In this document: piece by piece, positions 10,524 through 23,800 of the stretch
Numbering within the stretch: position 1 is the stretch's first letter
How the letters are laid out: each line of letters opens with the position of its first letter
From: Eledone cirrhosa
Lineage: Eukaryota
Length of the DNA stretch: 64,000 nt
Assembly (NCBI GenBank): GCA_964016885.1
Contig: OZ024741.1
Coordinates: forward strand, 251,968,001 to 252,032,000
Direction of reading: 5' to 3'
The notes under the pieces: generated by a model
Told to the model about the DNA's origin: nothing
Databases searched by the model: none
Seen by the model: only the letters and a program-made list of their open reading frames with translations
Program-made: the position numbers and the translations under genes

Positions 10524-11047
10524 AAGGTGTTACAGACATATACCAGGAAAGGTGGAAGAGAATGACAATGCAACCATACTTTGAGATATGCCAATACACA
10601 CAGGCAGGGAGATCAAAGCCAACTGACTAGATATAATCAAAGATCACATGGAAAAATGTCTTCCAATTGATGTATCTATCTGCACAGATGACAATATATC
10701 CATCAAGGAAATTGAGTAATTATCCAAATATAAAGAACTGGAGATAGAAATAACCTGAATATGGATGAAGAAAACAGAAACAATCGCTATAATAATAGGT
10801 GCTCTGGGAATGATAAAAAACACAGACAGATAAAATAACCCCAAACCCCAGGACTTACAAATATATACAGTACACTGAAAATTGCACTACTAGGTACAGC
10901 ACACATATTATGAAGAGTATTCTCAATACAATAGAAATAACAACACCAAAAACAACACTGCACATAGCCAAGGAGCACAGAACTGTGCTCTGTAATATAG
11001 TGACAACTTGCAATAAAAATAAGACTAATAATAAAGATGTAAAAAGA
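10524..11047 (+). mobile_element. Second decayed R4/Dong-type RLE fragment
   Basis: HIPGKVEENDNATIL*DMPIHTGREIKAN*LDIIIKD; IDVSI; LSKYKELEIEI; IIIGALGMIK; LKIALLGTAHI; followed by 3' UTR and (ATG)n. Confidence 0.85.
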
Positions 11048-11079
<32 letters not shown>

Positions 11080-11100
11080 CATCATCATCATCATCATCAT
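11048..11100. repeat. (ATG)10(ATC)7 inverted microsatellite
   Basis: Perfect palindrome 11057-11100 centred on GATC. Confidence 0.95.
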
Positions 11101-11270
11101 TTCTAACTTAGGCACAAGGCCAGCAATTTGTGGGGTGGTACTTTATTTTGTCAATACAAGATGGATGAAAGGCAAAGTCGTCCTCGATCGGCTTCGAACT
11201 CAGAATGTGTAGAACCAGAACAAATGATGCATTTCGTACAACTGTCTAACAGTTCTGCCAGTCCACTTCC
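11101..11270 (-). mobile_element. Diverged SINE family B
   Basis: ttaggcacaaggccagcaattt...ggtactttattttgtc...ggatgaaaggcaaagtc...ttcgaactcaga...ttctgccag. Confidence 0.8.
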
Positions 11271-11271
11271 T

Positions 11272-11306
<35 letters not shown>

Positions 11307-11704
11307 TTGAGAGTGGACTTTTTTCCAAGTTTTACTGGAGGAACAAATTTTCCCTTTGAATTATTTTGCAATTAGTCGGCTTTATAATATTAGGGCATTC
11401 ACCCTAATGTCTGTTATTTTGGACAATGTTTCTTGTTAATTTTTATAAGAGGTGTAGTAAGAGATATGATCAAGACAGGAAGAAGCATGACAGACGCTGA
11501 ATTAAAATAAATCTCAGTGAAACTCTATGAAAATACTGAAATGAGTTTACAAAAAGACAAACATTGTTTAAAGAAAGACAAAAAAAAAAAATCTTTAAGA
11601 CAAACATACATAATAATGGCCACAATATTCTATCTGGATATGATGATTTTCATAACAAGTAATAACATTAACAACCACAACAACAATACACACAAGCACA
11701 TTTA

Positions 11705-12008
11705 CTTTTTACTGGCACTCCATCAGTTACAATGATGAGTGTTCCAATTGATCTGATCAGTGGAATAGCCTGCTCATGAAAGTGGCATGCATACTGTTGA
11801 TGTAGTTCTCAGGGAGATTCAGTATGACACCGAATATGACAAGGCTGGCCATTCGAATTACAGGTACAACTCAATTTTGCCAGCTGAGTGGACTGGAGCA
11901 ACAGGAAATAAAGTGTCTTGCTCAAGGACACAATGCACTGCCAGGAATCAAACTCACAACCTTACAGTTGTGAGCTGAATACCCATACCACAAAGCCATA
12001 TGCCTTCA
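11705..12008 (-). mobile_element. SINE with family A head/body but an unrelated 3' tail
   Basis: Minus strand: gaaggcatatggctttgtggt..., B box GAGTTTGATTCC, ttgtgtccttgagcaagacactttatttc..gttgctccagtccactcagctg, then sequence unlike 2185-2385. Confidence 0.8.
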
Positions 12009-12339
12009 CACAAGCACATACACTTTGGTATTAATGCAAAGATAACAGTTTGCCAATGTAGCATCTAGTATAGAACATTTAGTTATGGCAAATGTAAATA
12101 CCAAACCAAACCAGTAGTTAAACTACATTTAAAATGATTATATCTCCTTGCTTGAAGAATTTATTCAGAATCGTGCACAGAGAAAACTAATTTACTTTTG
12201 TCAAAAATCAAGTATAGAGAAAACTATTTTACCTTTGTCTGTCCTATGCCTTAAACAAATATATTTAAAGAAGCACTACTATTTGACATTTGGAGCATGG
12301 AAAAGGCCCAGAAATAGATACTTGTCAAATATATGGATT

Positions 12340-12672
12340 GGAAAAAGGCAGAGCTTGGATGAACTGAGGTAGAAACTGGTAGCAAGAGGAATTCAAGGTG
12401 GTGTACTGGAGAGAAGATTGCATTGGTATGGATATATGATGCACATGGATGATGATCGATGGGTAAAGAAGTGCCAGGAAATGACAGTGGAAGAAAGTCA
12501 CAGTAGTGTTAGACCAAGAAAGATCTGGGCTGAAGTGGTGAGAGCTGCTCTGAAGTCACAGAGTAAATAACAAGGAAATGCTGAAGAAACGTGGTGAATG
12601 GTGAGATGCTCCGCTGAGAAGGACCTGTCCAACCCCTGCAAGTGTGGAAGAATGGAAGTAAAAACGATGATG
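12340..12672 (+). mobile_element. RTE-clade LINE 3' end (C-terminus + 3' UTR), 5' truncated
   Basis: KRQSLDELR*KLVARGIQGGVLERRLHWYGYMMHMDDDRWVKKC...RPRKIWAEVV is typical of the RTE C-terminus (RLRWYGHV...GRPRKTW); ends gtaaaaacgatgatg. Confidence 0.85.
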
Positions 12673-13127
12673 TTGAAGGAGGAGGAGGAGGAGGAGGATG
12701 TAGAAGATGAGGTAGAGGAAGAAAAACCCATGCAATATGTTGATGGATTGCCATGGAGAGCTACCAGATGATAGATTCTTATTTCTAACAAAAAAAAAAG
12801 AAGGATCTGATGAGATGAAATAGTTCTATCCAGATGTGTTTACTTTTGTTGATGAAACCACCAAAGAATTGCTTTCAGAGATCCCTGGAAATGAGCAGAA
12901 ATGTGGAGGGTGTTCTAACTTAACTTAACTAGTGGGTTCCCCCCTGAATGTGGGTGGGTAACTAAATGTGTTTTTTTATGTTTTATATAACATCTGTTAA
13001 TTATTATTTTTTTAATAATTTATACTTATTTCATGTTTTAAACTTCCTATTTATAATGTCTTTGCCCCTTCCCTCATGTTTATACAACTCTATCACAATC
13101 TACCTGTATTTTAATCTCTATGTTTAT

Positions 13128-13258
13128 AATTGTTTCTACTTTTGGCACAAGGACAGCAATTACCCAGTACATTACTGGTACTTTATTTTATCGACCCCGT
13201 AAGGATGAAAGGCAAAGTTAACCTCGGTGGGATTTGAACTCAGATTGTAAAGGGACTT
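13128..13258 (-). mobile_element. SINE family B, 5' truncated
   Basis: Near-identical to 9127-9256. Confidence 0.85.
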
Positions 13259-13322
13259 TATAATGCTTACTGTATTCTATGTGCAAACCCCTATAGCTAA
13301 TGAAGAAATCATTATTATCATT

Positions 13323-13455
13323 AGCTTTTGCCTTTCATCCTTTCGAGATCAATAAAATAAACTACCAGTTACACAGTAGGGTTGATTTAATCGATTTTCC
13401 CCTTCCTTTAAAATTGTTGGACTTGTGCCTAAATCAGAAATCATTATTATTATTA
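13323..13455 (+). mobile_element. SINE family B 3' half
   Basis: tttgcctttcatcctttcgagatcaataaaataaactaccagt...cttgtgcctaaatcagaaatcattattatt. Confidence 0.75.
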
Positions 13456-13484
13456 TTTATTACATGCTTTATGGCATAGAGTTC

Positions 13485-13636
13485 CTGCCAAGGTTAGCTT
13501 TACCATTTATCCTTATGAATAAAATAGTACCAATAGTACCAGTAATGCACTGTGGTCAATGTAATCAACTTTCTCCTTCTGTTCCATTCAAATTACTGGC
13601 CTTATGACAAAAGTAGAAACAATTATTATTATTATT
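13485..13636 (+). mobile_element. SINE family B 3' half, diverged
   Basis: ctgccaaggttagctttaccatttatcctta...aaattactggccttatgacaaaagtagaaacaattattatt. Confidence 0.7.
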
Positions 13637-13646
13637 TCTTCATACT

Positions 13647-13837
13647 GGGCGGTGAATTGGCAGTATCGGGAGAGGGTCGGACATGCTTTCCAGCATCGTT
13701 ACGTCCCCTTACGATCTGAGTTCAAATCCTGTCGATGTTAACCTTGCCTTTCATCCTTACGGGGTTGATAAATTAAAGTACCAGTAACGTACTGGGTAAT
13801 TGCTGGCCTTGTGCCAAATGTAGAAACAATTATTATT
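13647..13837 (+). mobile_element. SINE family B, full length
   Basis: gggcggtgaaTTGGCAGTATCGG, B box GAGTTCAAATCC, body and tail cttgtgccaaatgtagaaacaattattatt. Confidence 0.9.
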
Positions 13838-13859
13838 TCTTCATACTCAGAAAGATCTG

Positions 13860-16345
13860 TTATTAAAATTACTCTGCAGGAGTGAGTCATAACAAATGAT
13901 GGTGTGTCCTCCAGTTCCTCATCAACCACAACATTTGTAGCACACTTCTCAATACTCTGGTTGTTCCAAGGAGTGCAGTATTTTGCAGCAACTCTGTACA
14001 CATTTCAACACCAACTTTTGAAATTCAATTTTTTGCATCCTCTTTGTCACAACTCCAAGAGCTCCAACATCTATCAAAATGACCTCCACCCAAACACATT
14101 TTATTTCATGTTTCAGAGTTTGATGTTTTTCATCCTTTTCATACTGCTACTTTGTCATCTCTAGGTACCACTATGTCAATCAAGAGACAATGTCTTTTTT
14201 TCCTTGTCTACCTGTGTCAGATTAAGCCTTCTTGTTCTGATATTTTCAAGCCCTTCATACTTTGATTTTCCAGCATATCCTTAGACTTGTGCTCATACCA
14301 ATGTACAATTGGCTTGACAGAATCATGTTTTTGCTTGTACTTCTTCTGTACCAATACATTTCATACTTTAATTATGTGGGTTACTGTTTCTCCTGTTATT
14401 CTACATAATCTGCATCATGGAGAATCTCCTGTATGGTCAATGTTGAACTTCACATCGTTAGTTCATAATCCCTGCTCCTGAGTTTCATAGATCAAACTTC
14501 TGTTCCAACTTTCAAGTCTGATTTCTTCATCTAGGCCCAACATTTTCCCTTCTCTATCCTATCATTATGTTGATTTTTTTCCATATCCATAATAAATTGG
14601 CCATGCATGCTTTCTTCTTTCCACTTTTTTATCCTGTCTTCTTTCATGCTCTGTTTGAATTCCTCTTTGCTCTGGCAGTTACCTGTCTATTATACCAGCT
14701 TGTATCATATCAGCCAAGAACTTCTTATCTTGCTGTATACAATCTATCTATATCATTATTTGCATTCAATGCTCCAAACATTGCCCTTTCCTTCCTGGTT
14801 TTCCTATCTAATCTTTGCTCTCATCTTGAGTCCGCCTTAGAACACCTGCTTTATATTTCAAAACTGTAGCTGCCCATGTATTTATGGCAGAGATTTTGTT
14901 CCTCCCATTCAATTTCAAGATCAGTCCTACCTTCTACAATACTCCCTTGCAAATAATTTTCATCTCAATGCCCTTTGTCTTTCCATTTCAAAAATTACAA
15001 GATACTGGTAACCATTCTCTTTTATGTCTTTCGTCATCAACCCATCAGGAAGCTCTATCCCATCTGCTGCAATCATCCTGCCTCTCTTCAATACTTATAT
15101 ACCCCTATTACTTCTTGATGCCCATATCTTTACTGAAGAAGTAGACCATCCTAACCTATAAGTCAATTTGATTCTGTTTCTTTCTAAACAGCTTAAGATC
15201 ATTCATGAACAGTAGATGGTCAATCTTCAGCTGTCTCCTGTACCATTCGTATTCCATATCAGTTTTCCTCAGCAGCAACAAAAGAGCAACCATTCAAAGC
15301 ATAAATAAAAGAGGTGGTAGGCTATCACAGTGAAAAATTCATCTTTTTATGTTCATCTCTCTCAACACTGTCTCAGCACAGCTCAGGCTGTCATACTGTA
15401 CTGTTGTTTATAAATGTATTCACATTCTCCACAATTCCAAACATTCTTAGGCACTCTGATATCCAGCAGTGGGGGACAATAATGTATGCCTTTTGAATAT
15501 CCACACATGCCATGGCCAAGTTTGTATGTCTTCCTTTGCAAGCTCACAGTATTGCTTTATTGATTAGCAGTTGATCTTTAGTAACTCTGCTTCTCCATCT
15601 GCATCCTTTTTGTTCTTCTGGAAGCATATTCTCAGCATCCATAAATGATTACATATTTTTAGTCAAAATTCCTGTCATTAGTTTCCACATAAGAGAAAGA
15701 CAAGTTTTGAGGCCTAGAGTTGTGAACTACATTCTCTTTTGCAGGATCAAGCAAAGAATAGTTCTCCCATATGTCATCCATCTTTCTAGTAGTTTCACAC
15801 TGTTTAACAATTCATTGAGCTCTGCCACTATCTTCCAGTGGAGGGATTTAAAACTCTTGAACCCAAGTGGGCTTTGCAAGGTATATGGGGTTTCATGTTT
15901 GCTGTTGGTTAACTATTCTGCATCAGTATTGTGTTCTTTCTCTACATCCTAGATATCACCCCCAAATTTATTGCTTTCTTCTGCATCCAGAATTAACCTC
16001 TCTTTCAAAAATCCCCACCCTTAACTTTTTAGTAAAACCTTTTCTGGTCAGTCTTCATTGTTCTATTCTGTTTGTATTGAGCTGTTCTCTGGTTGTACTT
16101 TGTGATTTTTGCTTCTCTGGCTTTAAGCCTTCTGTTTCAGTTCTTCTAAAACAACATCTAATCCCTTTCTTGTTATTTTGTACTTCTTATCTAATTCTTC
16201 AAACCTTTGTAACTGTCCCTTTGCCCTCTTTTCAAACATTTAACATCTTGTCGTAACAACTTTATGCTCTCTTGTATCTTTCTTTACCACTGTGGTTTAG
16301 ACCTTTCATACTTTTTGTTCTTCAATCTGTCTTTACCACATACAC
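13860..16345 (-). mobile_element. Heavily decayed R4/Dong-type non-LTR retrotransposon (RT + CCHC + RLE remnants)
   Basis: Minus-strand fragments: TCLSLMWKLMTGIL (~15660-15705), [43 protein letters not shown] (~15187-15222, decayed YMDD box), CRLCRITGETVTHII (~14370-14415), IDIVVPRD; many stops and frameshifts. Confidence 0.85.
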
Positions 16346-16528
16346 TGTGGTAGCCCTAATGAAATAATATATCCCTTAGATATCTGTCACCTAAATCTAT
16401 TGAAGCAGTCTGTTAACTTGGCAGGTCACACCCTTCAACTGTAAACTATCAAACTTTTTAAAATCGTTGTAATCAGTAAATTCCTTCAGTAGAGGTATTT
16501 TCAAAATTTCTCATTATTATTGGTATTT

Positions 16529-16597
16529 AATGGACTTTCCCCTCCCCCCAAAAATGTTGGTCTTCTGCCTAAATCAGAAACCATTATTCTTATTATT
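16529..16597 (+). mobile_element. SINE family B 3' fragment
   Basis: gactttcccctccccccaaaaatgttggtcttctgcctaaatcagaaaccattatt. Confidence 0.65.
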
Positions 16598-16667
16598 TGA
16601 TAGTCATTGCTAGATGATGGAGTATTTAGGAAGGAGTAAATCTAATCATTGATGTATGTATGGTGAT

Positions 16668-16712
16668 AATTCTGAACATGTTTCAGCCTTATTAGACATC
16701 TTCAGTGAAATA
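16668..16712 (-). ncRNA. Degenerate minimal hammerhead-like core (possible Penelope-like remnant)
   Basis: Minus strand atttca-CTGAAGA-t-gtct-aata-aggc-t-GAAA-catgtt-cagaat; stem II and palindromic AACATGTT present, stem I register broken. Confidence 0.4.
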
Positions 16713-16942
16713 TAGTCTTACCAGACATTAGAATGAAAGAATCAAGTAGCGCTGTTTAAAACCAAATGTATCAGATACATATCTAGTTTCTGTACATACA
16801 CATAGGTACATACATATACCCCCCCCCCACATATATATATGTATGTTTATGGCTATATACACATAGGTATATATAATTCATAAATTTATCATATGTATGA
16901 ATTATAAGTAGGAATTTATAGACACACCTACATGTGTACATT

Positions 16943-16944
<2 letters not shown>

Positions 16945-16994
<50 letters not shown>

Positions 16995-17708
16995 GAGAGA
17001 GAGAGGTTGATAGATAGATACAACATACATATACACATATTCATACACACACATAATTATTCATTTTGATACCAAAAACACACAATACACTGACAAACAA
17101 AACAACAACAACAAAAACGACAGCAACAACAACAACAAGAAACCATATCAAAGAAGAAAAAAATCCTTAAAAATGTCTTCAACTGAAATAAATCTGGTGA
17201 ATGTTGTTTTTTTTTTACTGGCTTATGACAGGACATACAGACAGAGGACAGTGATATAGAGAGAGGGAGAGGGAGAGGAGAGGGGAGGGGAAGGGAGGGA
17301 GAAATTGAAAAGTGGAAGAGAGAGAGAGAAAGAGATAGAGAGAGAGAGAGAGAGTCAGAGACTATAAGACAAAGGAGGAGAAGGAATGGCAGAGAATTGG
17401 GAGGGGACATAGAAAAGAAGAAAAAGAAAGGAAAGAAAAATAGAGATGTAAATAGAAAGAAATAGAAAGACAGAATGTGTAAAGAGGGAGAGAGATACAT
17501 GGTGAGAGATAAATAGAGAGAGATACAGAGAGAGAGAGCGAGAGAAAGAGAGGTAGAGAGAGAGAGAGCGAGAGAAAGAGAGGTAGAGAGAGAGAGAGGT
17601 AGAGAGAGAGGTAGAGAGAGAGAGAGAAGGAGAGAGATAGAGAGAGAGATAGATAGATAGAGAGAGAGACATAGAGTGAGAGAGAGATAGATAGATAGAG
17701 AGAGACAT

Positions 17709-17781
<73 letters not shown>

Positions 17782-17850
17782 TAGAGAGAGAGAGAATAAG
17801 AGACAGAGAAAGAAAGAAAAAAAGAAGGAAAGAAAGAAAGAAGAGGAGAG
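16945..17850. repeat. (CA)n, (CAA)n and long (GA)n/polypurine tract
   Basis: Direct inspection; purine tract 17255-17850. Confidence 0.95.
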
Positions 17851-20800
17851 TGGGGGTGGAGGTAGGTAAAGAAAGTGCTATAGTGACTTCCTCTATTCCA
17901 GCCAGTGTTTATCAGATACAGCCACACCCATCCCTTCCTATATTCAATATTATTGAAGATTCTTACAGACAACAACAATATTATATTCTCAGTTTTACTG
18001 AGAATTCTTAAAGACATATAGAATAAAATGTCTTCTTACTACAGACTATATCACACCACACCACACCTCACTACACTACACTATATTACACTATGTCACA
18101 TCACACTACACTATACTACACTATATTACACTATATCACACCACACTTCACTACACTACACTATATTACACCATATCAAATCACACCACACTACACTATA
18201 TTACACTACATCACACATCACTACACTACACTATATTACACTATATCACACCACACTACATTATATCAGACCACACCTCACTACACTACACCATATTAAA
18301 CTATATCACACCACACCTCACTACACTACACTATATTACACTATATAACATCACACCTCACTACACTACACTATATTGCACTATATCACAACACACTACA
18401 CTACACTACACTACATTACACTATATCACACCACACTACACTACAATATATTACACGATATCACATCACACTACACTACATATCACATTACACTATATCG
18501 CACGACACAATACCTCAAAACACTATATCACACCACACTACACCTCATTATATTACACTATATCACATCACACCTCACTACACTATGCTATATTACACTA
18601 CATCACACCTGACAACACTACTCTATATTACACTATATCACATTACACTACACTACACTATATTACATTATATCACACCACACCACTCTATACTATATTA
18701 TATTATGTCACACCAAACTACATTATACTATATCACACTATATCACACCACACCTCACTACCCTACACTATATTACACTATATCACATCACACTACACTA
18801 CACTACACTATATTACACTATATCACATCACACCTCACTACACTATATTACATTATATCAAACCCCACTACACTACACTATATTACACTATATCACACCA
18901 CACCTCACTACACTACACTATATTACTCTATATCACATCACACTACACTATATTACACTATATCTCATCACACCAAAGTATACTACACTACATTACACTA
19001 TATCACACCTCACTACACTACACTATATTACACTGTATAACACCACACCACACTACACTATATTACACTATATCACACCTCACTAGACTACACTATATTA
19101 CACTATATCACATCACATCACACTACACGATATTACAATATATAACACCACATCACACTACACTACACTATATTACACTGCATCACACCACACTACACTA
19201 TACTATATTACACTATATCATACCTCACAACACTACACTATATTACACTATATCACATCACACTAAACTACACTAAACTACACTATATCACATCACACTA
19301 AACTACACTATATTACACTATATCACACCACACTACACTATATTACACTATATCACACCACACCTCACTACACTACATTATATTACTCTATAACACATCA
19401 CACTACACTATACTATATTATACTATATCACATCACACCACACTACACTATATTACACTATATCACATCACACAAAACTACACTATATTACACTATATCA
19501 CACCACACCACACTACACTACACTATATTACACTGTATCACACCACCCTACACTATACTATATTACACTATAACATACTTCACTACACTACACTATATCA
19601 CATCACATAACACTACACCATATTACACTATATCACACCACACTACACCGCACTACACAACACTATATTACACTATATCACATCACACTACACTACACTA
19701 CACTATATTACACTATATCACATCACATAACACTACACTATATTACACTATATCACACCACACTACACCGCACTACACAACACTATATTACACTATAACA
19801 CACCATACTGCACTACACTATATTACACTATATCACACCACACCTCACTACACTACACTATATTACACTATATCACATCACACAACACTATATTACTCTA
19901 TATCACACCACACTACACTACACTATATTACTCTATATCACACCACACTAAACTACACTATATTACACTATATCACATCACACCACACTACACTATATTA
20001 CGCTATATCACATCACACTACACTACACTACATTATGTTACACTATATAACACCACACCTCACTACACAATACTATATTACACTATACCACACCACACTA
20101 CACTATACTATATTACACTATATCATATCACACAACACTACAATACACTATATCACACTACACTACACTATATTACACTATATAACATCACGTCTCATTA
20201 CACTATATTACACTATATCACATCACATCACACTACAATATATTACACTATATCATACCACAACACACTACACTATATTACACTATATCACACCAAACCA
20301 CACTACACCATATTACACTATATCACATCACACTGCTCTACAATATATGAGAATATATCACACAATACTACACTACATTATATTACACTATATCACACTA
20401 CACTCTATCACATCACACTACACTACACTACACTATATTACACTATATCACATCCCATAACACTACACTATATTACACTATATCACACCACACTACACCT
20501 CACTACACCACACTATATTACACTATAACACACCACACTACACTACACTATATTACACTATATCACACCACACCTCACTACACTACACTATATTACACTA
20601 TATCACATCACACTACACTATATTACAATATATCACACCACACCTCACTACACTACACTCTATTATACTATATCACACCACGCTACACTACGCTATTTTA
20701 CCCTATATCACATCACACTACACTATATTACACTATATCACATCACACTACACAACACTATATTACACTATATCACATCACACCATACAACATTATATGA

Positions 20801-23800
20801 CACTGTATCAAATGACACCACACTACACTACACTATATTACACTATATCACACCATACCACACTACACTATATTACACTATATCACACCATACCACACTA
20901 CACTATATTACACTATATCACATCACACCACACAACATTATAATACACTATATCACATCACACCACATTACACTATAATACGCTATATCCCACCACATTA
21001 CATTACACTATATTACACTATATTACATCGCTCCACACTACACCATATTACACTACATCACATTACACTACACTTCAATATATTACACTATATCCGATCA
21101 CACCATACTACACTATATTACACTGTATCACATCACACCACACTACACTATATTACACTATATCCAACCACACAATACGATACTATATTACATTATATCA
21201 CATCACACCACACTACACTATATTACAGTATATCACTCCACACTACACTACACTATACTACACTATATCACACTACACTACACCATATTACACTACATCA
21301 TATTACACTAGACTACACCATAATACACTACATCACATTGCACTACACAACACTATATTACACTATATCACACCACACCACACTACACTATATTACACTA
21401 TATCACACGACACCTCACTACACTACACTATATTATACTATATCACATCACACCTCACTACACTATATTACACTGTATCACACCATACCACACTACACTA
21501 TATTACACTATATCAGATCACACTACACTATATTACACTATATCACACCACACCTCACTACACTACACTCTATTACACTATATCACATCACAGTGCACTA
21601 CAATATATAACACTATATCACACAATACTACACTACAGTATATTACACTATATCACACTACACTATATTACATTATATCACACCACGCTACACTACACTA
21701 TATTACACTATATCACATTACACTAGACTATATTACACTATATCACATCACACTACACAACACTATATTACACTATATCACACCTCACTACACTACACTA
21801 TATTACACTATATCACATCACACTACACTATATGACCCTATATCACATCACGCCACACAACATTATATGACACTATATCACATCACACCACATTACACTA
21901 TATTACACTATATCACACCATACCACACTACACTATATTACACTATATCACACCCCACTACACTACACTATATTACACTATATCACACCCCACTACACTA
22001 CACTATATTACACTATATTACGTTGCACCACAATACACCATATTACACTACACCACATTACACTACACTACAATATATTACACTATATCAGATCACACTA
22101 TACTACACTATATTACACTATATCACACCACACTAAACTGTACTATATTACACTATATCACATCACACCACACTCCACTATATTACACTATATTACTCCA
22201 CACTACATAACAATATATTGCACTATATCAGACTACACTACACCATAATACACTACATCATATTGCACTACACTACACTATATTACACTATATCACACCA
22301 CACCACACTACACTATATTGCACTATATCACACAACACCTCACTACACTACACTATATTACACTATATCACATCACACCTCACTACACTATATTACAATA
22401 TATCACACCATACCACACTACACTATATAACACTATATCAGCTCACACTACACCATATTAAACTATATCACCTCACACTATACAACACTATATTACACTA
22501 TATCACACCACACCTCACTACACTACACTATATTACACTATTCCACATCACACTACACTATATTACACTATATCACACCCCACTACACTACACTATATTA
22601 CACTTTATCACATCATACCACACTACACTATATTACACTTTATCACATCACACTACACTACATAATATTACACCATATCAAATCACACTACACTACACTA
22701 TATTACACTATATCACACCACACCTCACTACACTACACTATATTTCAATATATCACACCACACTACACCATATTACACTACATCATATTACACTACATTA
22801 CACCATATTACATTACATCACATTGCACCACAATACACAATATTACACAATATCATACCACACCACACTACACTATATTACACTATGTCACACCACACCT
22901 CACTACACTACACTATATTACACTCTGTTCAAATCACACCTCACTACACTATATTTCACTATATCACACCACACTACACTATATTACACTATATCACATC
23001 ACACCACACAACACTATATTACACTATATCACACCACACCTCACTACACTACAATATATTACACTAAATCACATCAAACTACACTATATTACACTATATC
23101 ACATCAAACCACACAACACTATATTACAATATATCACACCCCACTACACTACACTATATTACACTATATCATACCACACCTCACTGCACTACACTATATT
23201 ACTCTATATCACATCACGCAACACTACACTATATTACACTATATCACACCACAACACACTACACTACACTATATTACACTATATCACATCACACTACACT
23301 ACACTACACTATATCACATCACATTACACTACACTATATTACACTATATCACACCACACCTCACTACACTACACTATATTACACTATATCACATTACACT
23401 ACACTACCCTATATTACACTATATCACACAACACCACACTACAATAAATTACACTACACCACACTACACTATATTATACTATATCACACTACACTATATT
23501 ACACTATATCCCAACATACCACACTACACTGTATTGCACTATATCACACCCCACTACAGCACACTATAAAACACTATATCACATCATACCACACTACACA
23601 ATAATACACTACATTACATTACACTACATTACAATATATTACACTATATCACATCACACCACACTACACTATAATACACTATATCACACCTCACTACACT
23701 ACATTATATTAACCTATATGACATCACACCACTCTACACTATATCACATCACACTACACTACACTATATTAAACTATATCACATCACACCTCACTACACT

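Noticed and set aside
12803-12836. CTGATGA-gat-GAAA-tagttctat-c hammerhead-like string
   Set aside because: Only 3 nt between the core boxes (no stem II) and stem I does not pair in register; likely chance.
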